Below are positions 51,725 to 61,470 of a stretch of 64,000 nucleotides of DNA, in pieces; position 1 is the first letter of the stretch; every line of letters begins with the position of its first letter. Source of the DNA: an uncultured virus (IMG/VR IMGVR_UViG_3300043772_002095). Its lineage: Duplodnaviria; Heunggongvirae; Uroviricota; Caudoviricetes. The DNA is taken from IMG/VR virus record IMGVR_UViG_3300043772_002095; one strand, written 5' to 3'. Below the pieces are notes generated by a model. The model made no database searches. It had not been told where the DNA came from and worked only from the letters and a program-made list of their open reading frames with translations. The position numbers were made by a program, and so were the translations under genes.

Positions 51725-52633
51725 ATGGCAGTTGGAATTTACGGAACAATAAGACCCGCGGACGTTTCCCCTGAAGATGTTGATATAATTTTAAATTATA
51801 CTCCATCTAGGGATAATACAGATAATTTTGTATTAACAAAATTAGATACCCCCTCAATTTTAAAACCTTATTTTAACAATGATAGTACAGGTGGTAATAA
51901 TGGTATTGAATTATTGGGAGGATTATATAATTTAAAATTACCGGCGGACATCTTCAATAAAATTGGAATATATACATTATTAATTAGACCGGCGGAAATA
52001 AGAACAAAAATACTAGATTGCGGTGTTTTATCGGCATTACCTAATGTCAGAGGATTAGTTATAGATTTAAATAATGTCCCCACTCAGTTTAGAAATAAAT
52101 TTGTAAATCAGGGACTTGTAGGGTTTAGAATCGAGTACTTAAATACAAATGGGACTAAAATACCTAATTTCTTTAGAATAATTACCTCTTCTTTTTTTTG
52201 TGAACCTGTAGTACAAAATTTAACTAATAGTTCTCAAAAAGCTATCAGATATAGATATAGTGATAGTAATACAGGGTTAATATTTTGTACATTAACACCA
52301 TCAGCGGCACCAAGTAATAAACCAATTGCAGTCCCTTATATTGGACAACCTGATCAAGATATCATAGTTACTAATACATTTTTTAATCCTATCACATTAG
52401 ACATTGAAATGGCGGAACACGACTTCTCAACACTTGCAATTGCTCTTTACGGTAATCAAAGTAAATCTATGGAAGATGGTATGTATACTCTTTACGACTC
52501 TAATAATAACATTTACAAACAATATAACCTATACGAAATTAGAGACCAATTCAACGAATTACTTTACGAGGTTAGACAAGATAGAAAAGATAATATTGAT
52601 TTTACTAAAAACTTTACAAATATTACTCAATAA
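51725..52633 (+). CDS. putative structural protein
   Basis: 302-aa ORF preceded by GTATTTATA. Confidence 0.55.
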   Translation: MAVGIYGTIRPADVSPEDVDIILNYTPSRDNTDNFVLTKLDTPSILKPYFNNDSTGGNNGIELLGGLYNLKLPADIFNKIGIYTLLIRPAEIRTKILDCGVLSALPNVRGLVIDLNNVPTQFRNKFVNQGLVGFRIEYLNTNGTKIPNFFRIITSSFFCEPVVQNLTNSSQKAIRYRYSDSNTGLIFCTLTPSAAPSNKPIAVPYIGQPDQDIIVTNTFFNPITLDIEMAEHDFSTLAIALYGNQSKSMEDGMYTLYDSNNNIYKQYNLYEIRDQFNELLYEVRQDRKDNIDFTKNFTNITQ

Positions 52634-55600
52634 TGGCGAATAATAAATATACTTGCCCACCCCAGACACCTTCGGGAAAAGGAACATTTTCTGATAATTT
52701 AGTAGGACTACAACTAGTTCAAGGAGGAGGTCTTACGCAAGGAAATTTTGAATTTACCCAATCTGTTAGTGAAAAAACTAATAGGAATTTTATAACTGGC
52801 GTTTTCTCAGAACCAATAAATCTTGAAAAACTTAATATTGATAGTGTAAATCAATCTAAAGCAATTGCTGAAAATAATTTTAAAGTTTATCCAAATTTTG
52901 ATTTAAGTGAGGTTACAAATTTTACGGTTTATGGGTCTCTATCTAAAAGAGTTTCAGCGTCAATAACGGTAATAATTAGTCAATTCCCTGCGGGATTGGA
53001 GTGTAATTTTTTTGGTGCGGATTATTCTACGGGAAATACGGCCGAAAATATTTCATTTAATGAAACAACTAATGAAACATCGTTTATTTTACAAGTATCT
53101 AAAATAAGAAATCCTTTAGGTATTGATTTCACGGTAAATTCGGATAGGAATTTATCTCTAAGAGAGATTGAGGTTTCGTCCCTCAGAAATATGACGGCCG
53201 AATATTCAAAATACTCATTATATTTTAATGGTGGAGGATATCAGGTTAAAGGGATAGTCCCAACACAATCTTTAAGTAGTGGTGATTTAAAAATTTATGT
53301 TGAAGGAGACCCTTTTTCCGGTCAAAGTTCGGTAACAAATGATATATTAATAAGGCCTAATGACTATGAAGTTAATAAAGTTTTTAAAGAAAATTTAGAT
53401 GAAGTCGAAAACTTTCTATTGAATAGAACATCATTCCCAATATACACCGCAGTTTTTAATGTACCGAAAGAAAATAGTGAAGGGACTTATTTTACTGAAA
53501 AAGTAGGGATAACTTGGCCTTTGAATGGACTTTGGAATTTGGATATAACGTCAAATTATTTCCAAGATTATCTGGTTAAATTAAATGAAACTTGCGAATT
53601 TTTCGATACCTTTAGAACTAATTTAGTGTCAAGATTTTTAACTACGGGAGCTTTTAGTGAGTTCGATACGGTAGGTAGAAAAATGGAGAAAGTTTTACAA
53701 ATTTACGGTAGGAGTTTTGATGAAACTCAAAAATTTGTAAATGCTTTGGCCTATATGAACTCTGTTAATTATAACGTTGGAAATGATATACCATCTCAGT
53801 TACTTAAAAATTTAGCACAAACATTAGGTTGGTCAACAAATATCTCACCTATAAGTTCTGAAGATTTTTTAAATTCAGTCTTTGGAACAACAAATTCTGA
53901 AAAATCTCAGTTTAGTGGTGAACCAATACCTAAAACTCCTGACGAATTAAATTATCAGTTTTATAGAAATTTGGTATTAAACTCGGCATACCTCTTCAAA
54001 TCAAAAGGAACTAGAAAGTCTGTTGAAATTTTATTGAAATTGATAGGGGCGCCTGAAGCTTTAATAGATTTTAATGAGTATGTTTATGTTGCTGATCAAA
54101 AAATAAATTTACAACAATTTGAAACTCAGTTCGCAAGAATATCAGGAGGAACATATGTCGAAGAAATACCTGTGTTGAATCCTAGTGAAGTTTTTACAAT
54201 TTACGGAGTTCAATATACAGGATTTACTACTGAGGAAGTTGTTTTAAGTGCTGATTCAGAAAGAAGTGACTACCCTATTGATGAATTTGGATACCCATCA
54301 ACACCGCCCGAAACAGATACGTATTTTTTCCAATCAGGTAGCGGATGGTTTGAACAAACTCCACAACACAGAGCTCCTGAACAATTAAATCTTACCGGTA
54401 ATGTATTTACGGGGTCAAATCCCAATTATCAAACATCATTAGCGCCATATAGTTATGGTCAAGATTATTTAGATAGGTTTAGAAATTTCCCTTATATGAA
54501 ATTAGGTTATTTTCTAACACAACAAATTGATAATAACAAAAGTTGGACTGATAGTGAAAACGGATATAGAAGAAATCTTGATGGTAATTACAATGCTTTA
54601 TATTATACCGCAGACGAACGACTAGTTTTAAATGTTAAAAATGTTGATTTATTTTTAAATCCGTCTCAAGGTATATTATACGATATTTGGTATATGTCTA
54701 GAGAATTTAATTACCCTATACCAAACTCAGGTTTAGATTTCACACCATCAACGGTAGTTCCGTCATTACTTAGTAGTTTAAGAACATCAACACCATTAAG
54801 TTTAAACGCACCTTACCCTTATAAACCTATTGACGAAACAATAATAAATCCACAACCAAAACAAAAAACATTTTTCGAATTTGCTCAGACATTTTGGAAG
54901 AATATGATTAATGTTAGAGATAGACAATATGCGACAAATGGTAAGACTATGGGATATCCTACGTTGGAGTCAATATATTGGAAATATCTACAATCAGAAC
55001 AAAATGTTGGAATAGAGAACAATAATTTTAACTATGAAACTATGACAGAATATGTTAATGGTATTGGGGATTATTGGATTAGACTTGTAGAACAAATGAT
55101 GCCTGCAAGTACAATATGGAATACAGGTTCTAGATTTGAAAACTCTATTTTTCATAGACAAAAATTCGCTTGGAGAAGACAAAGAGGTTGTAATTTAGTT
55201 CCGGTTCCTTGCGAACCTTGTTCATTTAAAACTAATGTTTTTGCTAAAGATTGTCCTGTCGAATCTACTGAATGTGGATTATATCCTGGAGTTTCGTTTA
55301 ACAACGTTTTAAGTACGACTTTAAATAATTATTTGGTGTTAAACGGATATGAGTTAAATGATTGTAACACCAATTCATTATCTTCTGTTTGGTATGTTGA
55401 TTTAAGAGTTGACGATGTGGTATTAGTTAGTGAATCTTTTTTTACAGGGTATGGGTATAACATAGTTAATCTTAGTACACCAACAAGTTCACAATGGAAA
55501 GATGCTTTGATTAATGGTTTGGACTCTTTAAATGATTACGGATATGGTTATCTTTTAACCGATGATGATACCGTAATAATATATAATGAAGTTTGTTCGG

Positions 55601-55665
55601 TATCGGATTTAGAAATTAATTTTAAAATAAACATTGGGGTTGAATTTAATATAGATTGTAATTAA
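52633..55665 (+). CDS. baseplate wedge protein (gp7/P2 gpI-like)
   Basis: LLKNLAQTLGW and YLFKSKGTRKSVEILLKLIG. Confidence 0.65.
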   Translation: MANNKYTCPPQTPSGKGTFSDNLVGLQLVQGGGLTQGNFEFTQSVSEKTNRNFITGVFSEPINLEKLNIDSVNQSKAIAENNFKVYPNFDLSEVTNFTVYGSLSKRVSASITVIISQFPAGLECNFFGADYSTGNTAENISFNETTNETSFILQVSKIRNPLGIDFTVNSDRNLSLREIEVSSLRNMTAEYSKYSLYFNGGGYQVKGIVPTQSLSSGDLKIYVEGDPFSGQSSVTNDILIRPNDYEVNKVFKENLDEVENFLLNRTSFPIYTAVFNVPKENSEGTYFTEKVGITWPLNGLWNLDITSNYFQDYLVKLNETCEFFDTFRTNLVSRFLTTGAFSEFDTVGRKMEKVLQIYGRSFDETQKFVNALAYMNSVNYNVGNDIPSQLLKNLAQTLGWSTNISPISSEDFLNSVFGTTNSEKSQFSGEPIPKTPDELNYQFYRNLVLNSAYLFKSKGTRKSVEILLKLIGAPEALIDFNEYVYVADQKINLQQFETQFARISGGTYVEEIPVLNPSEVFTIYGVQYTGFTTEEVVLSADSERSDYPIDEFGYPSTPPETDTYFFQSGSGWFEQTPQHRAPEQLNLTGNVFTGSNPNYQTSLAPYSYGQDYLDRFRNFPYMKLGYFLTQQIDNNKSWTDSENGYRRNLDGNYNALYYTADERLVLNVKNVDLFLNPSQGILYDIWYMSREFNYPIPNSGLDFTPSTVVPSLLSSLRTSTPLSLNAPYPYKPIDETIINPQPKQKTFFEFAQTFWKNMINVRDRQYATNGKTMGYPTLESIYWKYLQSEQNVGIENNNFNYETMTEYVNGIGDYWIRLVEQMMPASTIWNTGSRFENSIFHRQKFAWRRQRGCNLVPVPCEPCSFKTNVFAKDCPVESTECGLYPGVSFNNVLSTTLNNYLVLNGYELNDCNTNSLSSVWYVDLRVDDVVLVSESFFTGYGYNIVNLSTPTSSQWKDALINGLDSLNDYGYGYLLTDDDTVIIYNEVCSVSDLEINFKINIGVEFNIDCN

Positions 55666-58076
55666 TGTCTTGTGCTTTATCATATAGTTTATCGGTTACG
55701 GGTGATTGTGGAAACGCCGGATTAGGTGCGTATACCATAGAAATTTACGGAAGTGCTCCGGATTATTCAATACAAGAGTTATATCCTGGAACCGGAGTTT
55801 CAGGGTTTACAGATACGTCAAGCGGCGGAAATGTTATTGACAATAACACCTATTCAAATGTAGGAGCTTCAGGCGGTAGCGGGGCTGATGTTAAGTTTAA
55901 TGTTGTCAACTTATATGGGGTATATACGGTTTATCTTAGTGACCCAGGTACAGGATACCAAATTGGAGATTCATTAACTATTTTAGGAAGTAATGTTGGG
56001 GGATCAAGTCCTACTAATGACATAACAATAACGGTTGATTCATTACAAGAATCCGATATTGTTCCATTAGGTCCTGGAGTAACGGCATACACACAAACTA
56101 ATTTATCGGCAGGAACCTATACAATAAATTTAATTGATAGTTGTTTACCTATAAACAACATATATCCTATTGATATTTACATTTCAAGCGGAACTAACGT
56201 ATCCATAACAGGGATTAAAAACACTTTATGTGATTTACCCAATGGGGCGGTTACCGCGGAAACCTCAAATTACTACGGATTAGCAACTTTTCAATTATAT
56301 AAACAAGATAACACATATGTAACATCTGGAACATTATTATCTGATACATATGTTTTTAATGATATTGAAAGCGGCTATTATTATGTAATTGGTGATGATG
56401 GTGGAGGATGTACAGGACAAAGTGCCACATTTTTAGTTGGACCTTCCACTAGTTTAGATTATGGGTTTTATGTTGTAAATAATGCCGGATGTTCAGTTGA
56501 TAACGCGGGTGCAATTTATATAACAGGATTAACAGGAACTCCTCCGTATACTTATCTTTGGAGTAATGGAGAAACCACTCAAAATATAACAGGAATTACA
56601 TCAGGTGTTTATAGTGTTACGGTTGAAGACTCTGTAGGTTGCGTTAAAGTAACCGGGGCTACGGTTGTTGACGTTGAACCCGTAAGTTTTGGATCATTTG
56701 ATTTACTACCCCCAAGTTGTTTTGCTGGTGACGGTGAAATAACCGTAAACGTAATAGGAGGAACTCCTCCATATAGTTATTTAGGGTCTAATGGTATTAA
56801 TGCTATTAGTTTTTCACAAAGTTATACTTTCACAGGATTAGGTAGCGGTAATTTTACGGTTATTGTTACTGATGCCGGATTATGTTCTTTCACGCAAAGC
56901 GTTGCTCTTTTAACCCCTAATTCATTTAGTTTAGTTAGTTTTATTACAACAAATTCATTTTGTAACGATAGTTCGGGTAAAGTAGTAATTTCATTGGTTG
57001 GAGGTACATCCCCATATAATTTTACAATAATAGATTCGAGCGGTAATACATATAATCAAACCGCGACAAGTCCAAACGCCACATTTACAGGGTTAAAGTC
57101 AGGGACATACTCAATTCAAATTGAGGACTCTGGGGTTGGAACTTGTGTATATAATAATAATTTCACAATTAACAATACTAGTAAGTTTGGTTTAAGTGCC
57201 ACAACAATCGGTAGTTTATGTGATTCTGCGGAAGGTGAAGTAACATTAACCATAAGTACAGGAGGAACTCAACCGTACACCTATCAAATAAATGACCAAT
57301 TTGTAATAACGACAGGATTAACTTATACATTTACAGGTTTAACTCCTGGTAATTATGTTGGTACGGTTACAGATGCGACTAATTGTGGTCAAAATATTAA
57401 TTTTAGTGTTATATCCACAAACTCCGTAGATTTTAGTTTGGTGGCCACAGACGCTAATTTAGGTGGTAACGGAACTATAACGGCATTAATAACTGACGGA
57501 ACACCTCCATTTATATTGGATTGGAGTCCTAATGCTAATGGTCAAACAGGTATAACTATAACAAACTTAACCGCGGGTACATATTCTTTGGAAGTAACTG
57601 ATAGTAGCGGTTGTACTAAAACAAAAACAATACGAGTTAATGGTTTAGGTAACGTTGTTAGTTATGAAGTTTTTAATATATGTGACTCTAATTTAGACGA
57701 CAATGGATTTGTTTTAGTTAAAGGACCTAAATCCCTTCTAATAGAAGGATTCAACGATTTAACTAGCGGAGATACAGATTGTATAATTAATGAATCAGTA
57801 TTCGTCGCTCAAACAAATATCAATGGAGATATTAGACAAAAATATTTTTACACTGGGACATCAATTACCGATTATCCATCGAACAATTTATGGTACGAAA
57901 CAATAACCGAATTGTTATTAAGTTATAACGGAATACAAACGGTCGATATTGACGGTGAAAACAATACTATTGAAGTTAAAAATGATTGCGAAGATATCGC
58001 GTCCAACTTGGGAGGCGCTCAAGTTAGAATCGATATGATAATTAAATATTTAATTTCTTGTGTTTCTTGCGATTAA
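55665..58076 (+). CDS. SprB-repeat fibre/adhesin-like protein
   Basis: Repeated C...G.I.....GGTxPYxY...GLxxGxYxVxVTD..xC units, e.g. GTPPYTYLWSNGETTQNITGITSGVYSVTVEDSVGC. Confidence 0.8.
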   Translation: MSCALSYSLSVTGDCGNAGLGAYTIEIYGSAPDYSIQELYPGTGVSGFTDTSSGGNVIDNNTYSNVGASGGSGADVKFNVVNLYGVYTVYLSDPGTGYQIGDSLTILGSNVGGSSPTNDITITVDSLQESDIVPLGPGVTAYTQTNLSAGTYTINLIDSCLPINNIYPIDIYISSGTNVSITGIKNTLCDLPNGAVTAETSNYYGLATFQLYKQDNTYVTSGTLLSDTYVFNDIESGYYYVIGDDGGGCTGQSATFLVGPSTSLDYGFYVVNNAGCSVDNAGAIYITGLTGTPPYTYLWSNGETTQNITGITSGVYSVTVEDSVGCVKVTGATVVDVEPVSFGSFDLLPPSCFAGDGEITVNVIGGTPPYSYLGSNGINAISFSQSYTFTGLGSGNFTVIVTDAGLCSFTQSVALLTPNSFSLVSFITTNSFCNDSSGKVVISLVGGTSPYNFTIIDSSGNTYNQTATSPNATFTGLKSGTYSIQIEDSGVGTCVYNNNFTINNTSKFGLSATTIGSLCDSAEGEVTLTISTGGTQPYTYQINDQFVITTGLTYTFTGLTPGNYVGTVTDATNCGQNINFSVISTNSVDFSLVATDANLGGNGTITALITDGTPPFILDWSPNANGQTGITITNLTAGTYSLEVTDSSGCTKTKTIRVNGLGNVVSYEVFNICDSNLDDNGFVLVKGPKSLLIEGFNDLTSGDTDCIINESVFVAQTNINGDIRQKYFYTGTSITDYPSNNLWYETITELLLSYNGIQTVDIDGENNTIEVKNDCEDIASNLGGAQVRIDMIIKYLISCVSCD

Positions 58077-58298
58077 ATGACATCAGTTGAAATAAATAAC
58101 GTTTCTGGCGACTCATTTCCGTGTAGTGTTTATGTTTGTACTATATATAATACGGAATGCGTTGAAATAGGACAAATCACAACACCATCTTTTCCTGTTT
58201 CATTTAATCTACCTTCACAATATATTTACGCTCCCGTAATACTATTAAGAATTGTGTGTTCTGAATGTGAAAATTTCGAAATACTTTATTGTTCTTGA
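58077..58298 (+). CDS. small Cys-rich protein
   Basis: 73 aa with six Cys; abuts the previous stop. Confidence 0.6.
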   Translation: MTSVEINNVSGDSFPCSVYVCTIYNTECVEIGQITTPSFPVSFNLPSQYIYAPVILLRIVCSECENFEILYCS

Positions 58299-58318
58299 TT
58301 TATTCATATATTTGATTT

Positions 58319-59299
58319 ATGAATAATGATTTAGTATTTGTTTCGGCACAACCCGATGTACCCTATTTCCATTGGCAATCAGAAATCTACATAAATAATT
58401 TTATCGAAAAAGGTATTAATCCAAAAAATATTCACGTTATCTTTGCGTTAAAGAATGGTAGAGAAAATCCCACAACAGGGTCACTTAATTTAAAAAAATA
58501 TGAAGTTAACGTTCATCACTATATTGATGATAGAAAAGATAAAAAATATATACCCAGTATAAAACCATTTTTAATATCAAAATGGTTAGAACAATATCCT
58601 AATTTGGGTAAAAATTTTTTTCTTCACGATGCGGATATTGTTTTTAGAGAAAAACCAAATTATGATGACTTATTAAAAGACGACATAATTTATTTATCCG
58701 ATACTATAGGTTATATTGGTTACAACTACATAAAAGATTGTTGTGACAGATATGAAAAACATCACCCAAATTCAAATAAAGAACAATTATTAGATGAAAT
58801 GGTTAATGTTGTCGGAATTACTATTGATTGTATAAAATGTAATCAAGAAAACTCAGGTGGAGGTCAATATATTATAAAAAACACAAACAAAGATATCTGG
58901 GAAAAAATATATTCAGATTGTACGCCCTTATATAATCAAATGTTAGATTACCAAAAAAGATTTCCAATTAATCCGGGACAAATTCAATTTTGGACGGCTG
59001 AAATGTGGTCTTTATTATGGAATTTATGGTATTTTGGTTTCGAAACAAAAATACATAATAGTTTAGATTTTTCTTGGGCGACTGATGACATTAAGACTTA
59101 TGAAAAAAAACCAATTTTACATATGGCGGGTGTGACAGAAAATTTAAAAAGTAAAAAATTTTATAAAGGAGAATATATTAATGTCAACCCTTTAGATAAA
59201 TTAAAACAAAATATTAATCATTTTGATTATATTGATAAGAATAGTTCTACAATAAAATACATTGAAATTATGAAAAACATAATTAAAAATGAAAACTAA
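58319..59299 (+). CDS. GT-A glycosyltransferase resembling peptidyl O-glycosyltransferases (HPAT/SGT1-like)
   Basis: YFHWQ, YIPSIKP, FLHDADIVF (DxD), GGQYII, WTAEMW and ILHMAG. Confidence 0.65.
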   Translation: MNNDLVFVSAQPDVPYFHWQSEIYINNFIEKGINPKNIHVIFALKNGRENPTTGSLNLKKYEVNVHHYIDDRKDKKYIPSIKPFLISKWLEQYPNLGKNFFLHDADIVFREKPNYDDLLKDDIIYLSDTIGYIGYNYIKDCCDRYEKHHPNSNKEQLLDEMVNVVGITIDCIKCNQENSGGGQYIIKNTNKDIWEKIYSDCTPLYNQMLDYQKRFPINPGQIQFWTAEMWSLLWNLWYFGFETKIHNSLDFSWATDDIKTYEKKPILHMAGVTENLKSKKFYKGEYINVNPLDKLKQNINHFDYIDKNSSTIKYIEIMKNIIKNEN

Positions 59300-59324
59300 A
59301 TATTTATGATTAAAGTTTAATTAT

Positions 59325-61439
59325 ATGGCTGGTGGATCAAGTGCCTGTGTTTGTCTTAAATTAAGTTTCGAATGTTCTGATGAGAGCGTTTTTAGCGTCG
59401 ATTTGTTTCAAGAAGGATATATTAATACAGGTTATGGTGAAAAACCATATTATATTGGTAGTTATTCCGGAAACAATTATATAATATATTGGAATTTCGC
59501 AATAAACGGGTGGTCTTTTGAAGACGTATTGAATCCCGGAGTTACAATTTTTTCCTCGGATACGAATTCTAGTGTTTGTAATTTTATTAATTGGGATATT
59601 GCGGATACTACAGATTTTGAATTTTGTTCAGGGGGTACGGCGCCTATTTTATCCTATAAAGGAGACCAACCTTGTCCAAACCCGACAGGAGATACTTGCG
59701 GTGATTGTAGTTGTTGGTTTTTTAGTGCGGATAGTTCTTACACAATTTCATATTATGATTGTAATAATGAAGGAAAGGCATTTACATTAAGTTCTGGAGG
59801 CACATCCTCTTTTTGTTTAAAAGGAATCCCAATAGTAGTTCCACCAAACGTATCTAATTTTTATTCCGCCAAAACTTCAAATAATTGTTTTTTAGATTGC
59901 GTCCCAACAGGATATTGTGAATGTATTATAGTTTCGAATGAAGACGATAATTTGGAATTTTATGTTGGAGGAACTATCAACGGAAAAACATTTTGGATTA
60001 GTGATGTTGGTTATAGAATATATTGGGACGATTCTAAATGGGTTTTTGAAATTGACGGACAAGTATCGGCAACCACAACCGGAGGAGGAATATGTCCACC
60101 AACAGGTTCTATTAACACCAATTGGACACCATCAATTTTTGTAGATGATTTTACATTAAGTCTTTACGATTGTTATCCCGAATTTAATGAATCTAAGAAA
60201 TGTTGGAGTATTACGGCAACAACTGACGATGAGGTAAATACATTCTACGATAATTTAAACTCACCACCAAAAAAAGTACCACTACTATATACTGATGACG
60301 TTATGGTCGTTTGCGCTTATAACAAACCAATTAGTACATATTCAGGTACTACGGTGATTGAAATAACAGGTTCTTGTTATACTATTTGCGATTCTATTGA
60401 TATTTGCGGATGTGTAAGAACATCACTAATCTGTAATTTGGAAGCGGGTGGAGGAATAACACAAATATCAAATTTAACCCCTTCAGGGACTATAAATGGA
60501 AAACCATTTTATGTTAATGATGATAAAGTATTATTTTATAGTGGTGTTTGGATTTATTATGATACAACCAGCCAATTAATTTTAGCACAAATTGCGGAAA
60601 AAGACATCGAATGTCCTTACGATGGTCAATGGCAAATTGACGATAGTGAAATTTGTAATTGCGTCGGAGATTCCCCAATTAGTTTTTCAGTTTTACCTAA
60701 AATATGTCCCCAACTTCCAACACCAACACCCACCCCAACACCAACACCAATACCTTATGTAATACCTACCTGTAATGAGTGTATACCTACAACGGTATTT
60801 ACTATGGATGTAGAATGTATACCAACAAATCCTACATCACCCACATCAGCTGACGGGTCAATATCATTATCAATATCAGGAGGAACTGCACCATATACAA
60901 CAACTTGGAGTAACGGAAACACAAATCCCGACATTTTTAATTTAACGGAAGGGTCGTATACGGCAACGACCGTTGATTATTATGGTGATTTTACTGCGGT
61001 AACAATTTGTGAATTAGTTGCGGTAAGACCAACAACTACAACAACAACGACAATCACTCCAACGCCTACAGGGAATACACTTTGTATGTCAATATCTACA
61101 ATACAAAGTACTGGAACTACAACAGAATCAATACAATTTGAACCTGATGTAGTTGTTAATGGAAAATTATCTTGGGTTTCATCTGGAGGAGATTCATTAA
61201 TTTGGGATAATACATCGTCACAATGGAAAGTTAATTTCAATCCTGTTAGAAGTTATTTTGTACTATCTTTAAATCCGGCTTTTCCACCATTAAACAATTG
61301 GATTGTTGTTGGGTTATCAGGAACCGCAACGGTAGTGGAGGGGGAGTGCCCGATAATGATTAATTTAAAAACAATCAGTAAAAATGTTTCATTTAAAAGC
61401 CTAATTAATAAAGGTAACGATTTTAATGATTTATTTTAA
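59325..61439 (+). CDS. Cys-rich fibre-like protein with an SprB-type repeat and PT/Thr linkers
   Basis: Repeated GTINGK..W modules, PTPTPTPTP, GGTAPYTTTWSNG and PTTTTTTTITPTPT. Confidence 0.7.
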   Translation: MAGGSSACVCLKLSFECSDESVFSVDLFQEGYINTGYGEKPYYIGSYSGNNYIIYWNFAINGWSFEDVLNPGVTIFSSDTNSSVCNFINWDIADTTDFEFCSGGTAPILSYKGDQPCPNPTGDTCGDCSCWFFSADSSYTISYYDCNNEGKAFTLSSGGTSSFCLKGIPIVVPPNVSNFYSAKTSNNCFLDCVPTGYCECIIVSNEDDNLEFYVGGTINGKTFWISDVGYRIYWDDSKWVFEIDGQVSATTTGGGICPPTGSINTNWTPSIFVDDFTLSLYDCYPEFNESKKCWSITATTDDEVNTFYDNLNSPPKKVPLLYTDDVMVVCAYNKPISTYSGTTVIEITGSCYTICDSIDICGCVRTSLICNLEAGGGITQISNLTPSGTINGKPFYVNDDKVLFYSGVWIYYDTTSQLILAQIAEKDIECPYDGQWQIDDSEICNCVGDSPISFSVLPKICPQLPTPTPTPTPTPIPYVIPTCNECIPTTVFTMDVECIPTNPTSPTSADGSISLSISGGTAPYTTTWSNGNTNPDIFNLTEGSYTATTVDYYGDFTAVTICELVAVRPTTTTTTTITPTPTGNTLCMSISTIQSTGTTTESIQFEPDVVVNGKLSWVSSGGDSLIWDNTSSQWKVNFNPVRSYFVLSLNPAFPPLNNWIVVGLSGTATVVEGECPIMINLKTISKNVSFKSLINKGNDFNDLF

Positions 61440-61470
61440 TAAAAAAATTAATATAAAATAATTATATATA

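Noticed and set aside
14172..61240. Short antisense and alternate-frame ORFs in the track (e.g. 24416-24823, 41663-42067, 43493-43945)
   Set aside because: They lie within strong genes and show no motifs, so they are treated as shadow ORFs.
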